In this document: positions 60,489 through 64,000 of the stretch, one piece after another
Layout: each line of letters starts with the position of its first letter
How positions within the stretch are numbered: the first letter of the stretch is position 1
DNA from: an uncultured Gemmatimonadales bacterium
GTDB lineage: Bacteria; Gemmatimonadota; Gemmatimonadetes; Longimicrobiales; Gaopeijiaceae
Assembly (NCBI GenBank): GCA_963823035.1
Contig: CAWGKG010000018.1
Span: 320,001 to 384,000 of the forward strand
Length of the DNA: 64,000 nucleotides
Reading direction: 5' to 3'
Made by a program: the position numbers and the translations under genes
The notes under the pieces: generated by a model
Told to the model about the DNA's origin: nothing
Database searches by the model: none
Seen by the model: only the letters and a program-made list of their open reading frames with translations

Positions 60489-60505
60489 CGCACGACCCGT
60501 GCCAA
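60489..60505 (-). promoter_or_regulatory. Candidate sigma54 promoter for the DUF4384 gene
   Basis: Minus strand TTGGCACGGGTCGTGCG: a perfect -24 TGGCACG with GG-N10-GC spacing, 37 bp upstream of the ATG. Confidence 0.6.
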
Positions 60506-60671
60506 GTGCCGGGCCCCCGGCGCGCGTGCCCTTTCCCGGGGGGGCGTCCCTGTTGGAGGACACCCGTGCCGACTCGGGAGGACACATCCGGGAGACCGCG
60601 CCCGGCGCGCTCGGACGGGCGGGGCGCCTCCATTGCATTCCTCGGACAGGCTCCTAGGTTCCGGGCCGCCC

Positions 60672-61601
60672 ATGACCCAGGAACGACGCATCGACGCGGC
60701 CGGCGCCCGGCCCGACCTCCTCGACCCCGCCACGCTGGCCCAGCTCGGCGGCATCGAGCTCATCGCCCACGAGGTCGTCGAGGGGTTCCTGATGGGCCTC
60801 CACCGCTCCCCGCACCGCGGCTTCTCGGCGGAATTCGCCGAGCTTCGGGCCTACCAGTCGGGCGACGACCTGCGCTACATCGACTGGCGGATGTACGGGC
60901 GTTCGGATCGGTTCTACGTGAAGCAGTTCGAGGAGGAGACGAACCTCCGGGCACACATCCTCATCGACGTGAGCGAGTCGATGGGTTGGAGCTCCGACCC
61001 GTCCTCGCTCCCGACCAAGCTCTGGTACGCGAAGCACCTCGCCGCCTGCCTCGCGCTCATCCTGCTCCGCCAGGGCGACTCCGTGGGGATGGCGGCCTTC
61101 CACGACCACATCGTCGACCGCCTCCAGGCGCGCGGCGGTCGGCGGCAGTGGAACGAGCTGGTTCGCCGGCTGATCCCCCTGGAGGCGCACGGCGGCACCT
61201 CCGCGGAGACCGCGCTGCGCGATCTGGCCGTGCGGCTCCGACGCCGCGGCCTCGTCGTGCTCCTCTCCGATCTCCTGGTGGCCCCCGAGGCGACGCGCAT
61301 GGCGCTCAAGTTCCTGCGCCACCACGGACACGAGGTCCTGGTCTTCCATCTTGTCGACCCGGGGGAGCGCGAGCTCCCCGCCGCCTCGGAGGCGCGCTTC
61401 TACGACCCCGAGACCGGCCGGGAGATCACGGTGAGCGTGGCGGACATCCGCCGCGAGTACCGCGACGCCGTCTCGGCCGCCCTCCTCGAGTGGGAGCGCA
61501 GCCTGCGGCCGCAGGGCATCGACTACGAGGTCGTGGACACCGACCGGCCGCTGTCGCTGGCGCTGCGCTCGTACCTGCGCAAGCGCGAGCGGCTGGGATG
61601 A
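60672..61601 (+). CDS. DUF58 domain protein (MoxR-associated)
   Basis: GLHRSPHRGFSAEFAELRAYQSGDDLRYIDW, YVKQFEEETN, IDVSESM, VLLSD. Confidence 0.92.
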   Translation: MTQERRIDAAGARPDLLDPATLAQLGGIELIAHEVVEGFLMGLHRSPHRGFSAEFAELRAYQSGDDLRYIDWRMYGRSDRFYVKQFEEETNLRAHILIDVSESMGWSSDPSSLPTKLWYAKHLAACLALILLRQGDSVGMAAFHDHIVDRLQARGGRRQWNELVRRLIPLEAHGGTSAETALRDLAVRLRRRGLVVLLSDLLVAPEATRMALKFLRHHGHEVLVFHLVDPGERELPAASEARFYDPETGREITVSVADIRREYRDAVSAALLEWERSLRPQGIDYEVVDTDRPLSLALRSYLRKRERLG

Positions 61602-61611
61602 GGGAGCACTA

Positions 61612-61791
61612 GTGTTCTGTCCCAGAAGTTCGTTGCGCACCGGGGGTGCCGAAGCGCCGCCGTGGCAAGGCGCGACGACGAGGAATAGCAGCGCTATGGG
61701 GTACCCGCGCCGAAGGCGTGGGTCGAGGAGCAACGCAGCCACGGTGGATGCAGCGGCGCACGAATGCCGACGAACTTCTGGGACAGGACAC
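61612..61791. mobile_element. 180-bp MITE-like element with 22-bp terminal inverted repeats and CTA target duplication
   Basis: Left end GTGTTCTGTCCCAGAAGTTCGT (61612-61633) versus reverse complement of the right end GTGTCCTGTCCCAGAAGTTCGT (61770-61791), 21/22 identical. CTA at 61609-61611 and 61792-61794. No transposase. Confidence 0.85.
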
Positions 61792-61796
61792 CTAGC

Positions 61797-63743
61797 ATGG
61801 GGGCGCTGAGCCCGCTCTTCCTGATCGCCGGTGCGGTGGTGGCCATCCCGATCTTCCTGCACCTCTTCCACCGGCAGGAGCTGCGCCGGATCTCCTTCCC
61901 GGCCCTCCGCTACCTCGAGCGCACGGAGCGTGAGCACGCCCGCAGGATCCGCACGCGCCAGTTGCTGCTCCTCCTCTTACGCATCACCGCGGTGCTCCTG
62001 CTCGTCGGCGCGGGGGCCCGCCTCTTCCTGCGTGGCCGCGGGTCGGCGCACCCTCCCACCGCCCTGGCGATCGTCCTCGACAACTCGATGAGCAGCGGCG
62101 TCGTGCTCGGCGAGCGCCGCTTCCTCGACGACCTGAAGGCCGTCGCGCTCCGCACCCTCGACGCCGCGGGCGACGACGATCGAGTCTGGGTCGTGCGGGT
62201 CGGCCAGCCCTGGCTGCCCGCCGTGCCGGGGACGCCGTCCGACGCGCGGCGCATCGTCCAGGAGACCGAGGTGAGCGAGGGCCGCGGTGACCTCTCCCTG
62301 GCGCTCGCGCGCGCCGCCGAGCTCGTGCGCACCTCCGGGTTCGGCGCCGCCGAGGTCCATCTCCTCTCCGACCTGCAGGCGACCGGCTTCGACGCCGGCG
62401 TGGACGCCCCGGCCGGGGAGGTCCCCGTGGTGGTCTGGGCGGCCTCCGACGATCTGCCGCCGAACCGCGGGCTCGCCCACGTGGTGGTCGGGGGTGGGCT
62501 CCCACCGCTCGGCGGGCAGCGCGGAGTGCTGAGCGTCGAGGTCACGGGCACCGCGGGAGACAGCGTCCCCGTTCCCGTGCGCCTCGTGCTCGACGAGCGC
62601 CTGCGCGGGGCCGGGGCGGCGGTAGCGGGCTCCTCCCTCTCCCTGCCGCTCCCGCCGGCTTCGGCCGGGTGGGTACGTGGCTACGCCGACGCCGACCCCG
62701 ACGCGCTGCGCGCCGACGACCGCCGCTACTTCGCCTTTCGGGCCCGCCCCGCCCCTCGCGTGGCCGTGGCCGGCGACCCAGGCGTCTTCACGACCGAGGC
62801 CATCGGCGTGCTGGAGGAGGCCGGTCGCCTGCAGCCGACGACGCCGCCGGACGCGGAGGCCGTGATCTCCGGCTCCGGAGAGCTGCTGGAGGCCGTACCG
62901 GCCGCTGCCGGCGTGCTCATCGTGCCGCCGTTGGACCCCACCCGTCTCCCGGCGCTCAACCGCCGGCTGGCGGACGCGGGCATCCCGTGGACGTACGCGC
63001 GTCGCGAAGGCGGCGCCGGCGAGGTCGATCTGGTGGGGGATGCCGTTCCCGAACCGCTCGCCTCCGTGCGGGTGAGGAGCGCGTACAGGTTGACGCTGGA
63101 GGGGGATCCCCCCGCGCCGCCGAGGACGTTGGCGCGCGCCGGCGGCTCGCCGTGGGCGGTGGAGGGATCGGACGCGCGGGGCCGCCGCTACCTCCTGCTC
63201 GCGTCGCCGCTCGACGCGGAGTCCACCACGCTTCCGGTCTCGGCCGACATGGTGCGCTTCCTGGACTGGTTCATCGGACAGTGGGCCGCGGCGGCCGGAG
63301 CCCCGCTCGAGCACGTGGCCGGGGAGCCGCTTCCGGCGCCGTACGGAGCCGACCATGTCCGCCTTCCTTCGGGCGACGACGTGGAGGTGGACCCGACCCG
63401 CTCCGTGCCGAACACCGACCAGACCGGCTTCTACACCTTCCTGGCCGGCGACAGCACGCTCGCGGTGGAGGCGGTGAATCCGCCGGCGGAGGAGTCGGAC
63501 CTGACCCGGGTCGCGCGGGACGCGCTGGAGGATCGCATCGGCCCGGAGGTGACCGAGGTTCGACGCGCGGGCGCGTGGGACCGCGCGATCTTCCGCACCC
63601 GCCAGGGCCCGGAGCTGTGGCAGCCGCTCCTGTTGGCGGCGCTGCTCCTGCTCCTCCTGGAATCGGCCATCGCGGCGGCGGGACGGGTGCGCAAGACCGA
63701 GACGGCCGGCACCGGCGGCGAGGCCGCGCGTGGCGCGACCTGA
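61797..63743 (+). CDS. BatA N-terminal domain / vWA membrane protein
   Basis: AIPIFLHLF...ISFPALRYL...LLLLLRI (BatA), VLDNSMS (MIDAS-like), LLSDLQ, C-terminal ESDL...ELWQPLLLAALLLLLLES. Confidence 0.85.
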   Translation: MGALSPLFLIAGAVVAIPIFLHLFHRQELRRISFPALRYLERTEREHARRIRTRQLLLLLLRITAVLLLVGAGARLFLRGRGSAHPPTALAIVLDNSMSSGVVLGERRFLDDLKAVALRTLDAAGDDDRVWVVRVGQPWLPAVPGTPSDARRIVQETEVSEGRGDLSLALARAAELVRTSGFGAAEVHLLSDLQATGFDAGVDAPAGEVPVVVWAASDDLPPNRGLAHVVVGGGLPPLGGQRGVLSVEVTGTAGDSVPVPVRLVLDERLRGAGAAVAGSSLSLPLPPASAGWVRGYADADPDALRADDRRYFAFRARPAPRVAVAGDPGVFTTEAIGVLEEAGRLQPTTPPDAEAVISGSGELLEAVPAAAGVLIVPPLDPTRLPALNRRLADAGIPWTYARREGGAGEVDLVGDAVPEPLASVRVRSAYRLTLEGDPPAPPRTLARAGGSPWAVEGSDARGRRYLLLASPLDAESTTLPVSADMVRFLDWFIGQWAAAAGAPLEHVAGEPLPAPYGADHVRLPSGDDVEVDPTRSVPNTDQTGFYTFLAGDSTLAVEAVNPPAEESDLTRVARDALEDRIGPEVTEVRRAGAWDRAIFRTRQGPELWQPLLLAALLLLLLESAIAAAGRVRKTETAGTGGEAARGAT

Positions 63744-64000
63744 TCCGATCCTCGCGGCGATCGCCTCCTGCGCGCCGTTCCAGGAGCTCGCGGTCCGACT
63801 CCCGGCTCCCGGGCACCAGGCGTCGCTCGGGGGCCTTCGCGGAGCCTCCCCCGTCGTGGTCCTGGCGGCCCTCCACCGGTGGCATCCCGAGCGCGTCTTC
63901 CTCGCGCTGACGCCCGGGCCGCGTGAGGCGGCCGCGGCCGAAGCCGACCTGGAGGCGCTCCTCGGCGCTCAGGATGCCCGGATCTACCCCCAGAAGGAGT
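63730..64000 (+). CDS. mfd: Probable transcription-repair coupling factor, N-terminus (runs off window)
   Basis: Open frame from GTG 63730: ...SLGGLRGASPVVVLAALH...EAAAAEADLEALLG...IYPQKE, resembling the Mfd N-terminal UvrB-homology region. Only 90 codons are visible. Confidence 0.6.
   Translation, partial: MARPDPILAAIASCAPFQELAVRLPAPGHQASLGGLRGASPVVVLAALHRWHPERVFLALTPGPREAAAAEADLEALLGAQDARIYPQKE

Overview
High-GC (about 70% by eye) bacterial chromosomal segment made mostly of core genes. Gene content and order suggest Gemmatimonadota (inference, not demonstrated). It carries about 58 CDS. These include a long minus-strand run (recA, alaS, PHP phosphatase, gmhA, cca, rarA, hflX, pdxJ, ispE, tRNA-Gln, prs), a System I*-type ccm cluster, glmM-glmS-dtd-maf-glpK, metB-like, an M48 peptidase, purD-mutM-M16 pair-cysK, an ECF sigma/anti-sigma envelope-stress-like operon, nfuA-mrp, an orphan wzc, pruA, a lepA-GT9-ROK-PfkB-STAS/GHKL-STAS/wHTH operon, and DUF4384, DUF58, BatA/vWA and the start of mfd. 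About 13 genes are split by small indels that look like consensus artefacts rather than real pseudogenes. The most notable signals are: (1) a 180-bp structured MITE with 22-bp TIRs and a CTA duplication, inserted between an RBS and its start codon; (2) a probable partner-switching STAS-GHKL plus STAS-wHTH pair coupled to sugar kinases; (3) one ECF promoter motif (YGAAAC-N17-CGTAG) found three times, suggesting a local regulon around a double-ZAS anti-sigma; (4) a probable AUU start for hflX; (5) a CxxCH motif in a secreted DUF4384 protein with a sigma54-type promoter; (6) an unexplained AT-rich repeat patch inside an M16 gene. No CRISPR array, rRNA, prophage or transposase was seen. All family assignments are by motif recognition only; no searches were run.
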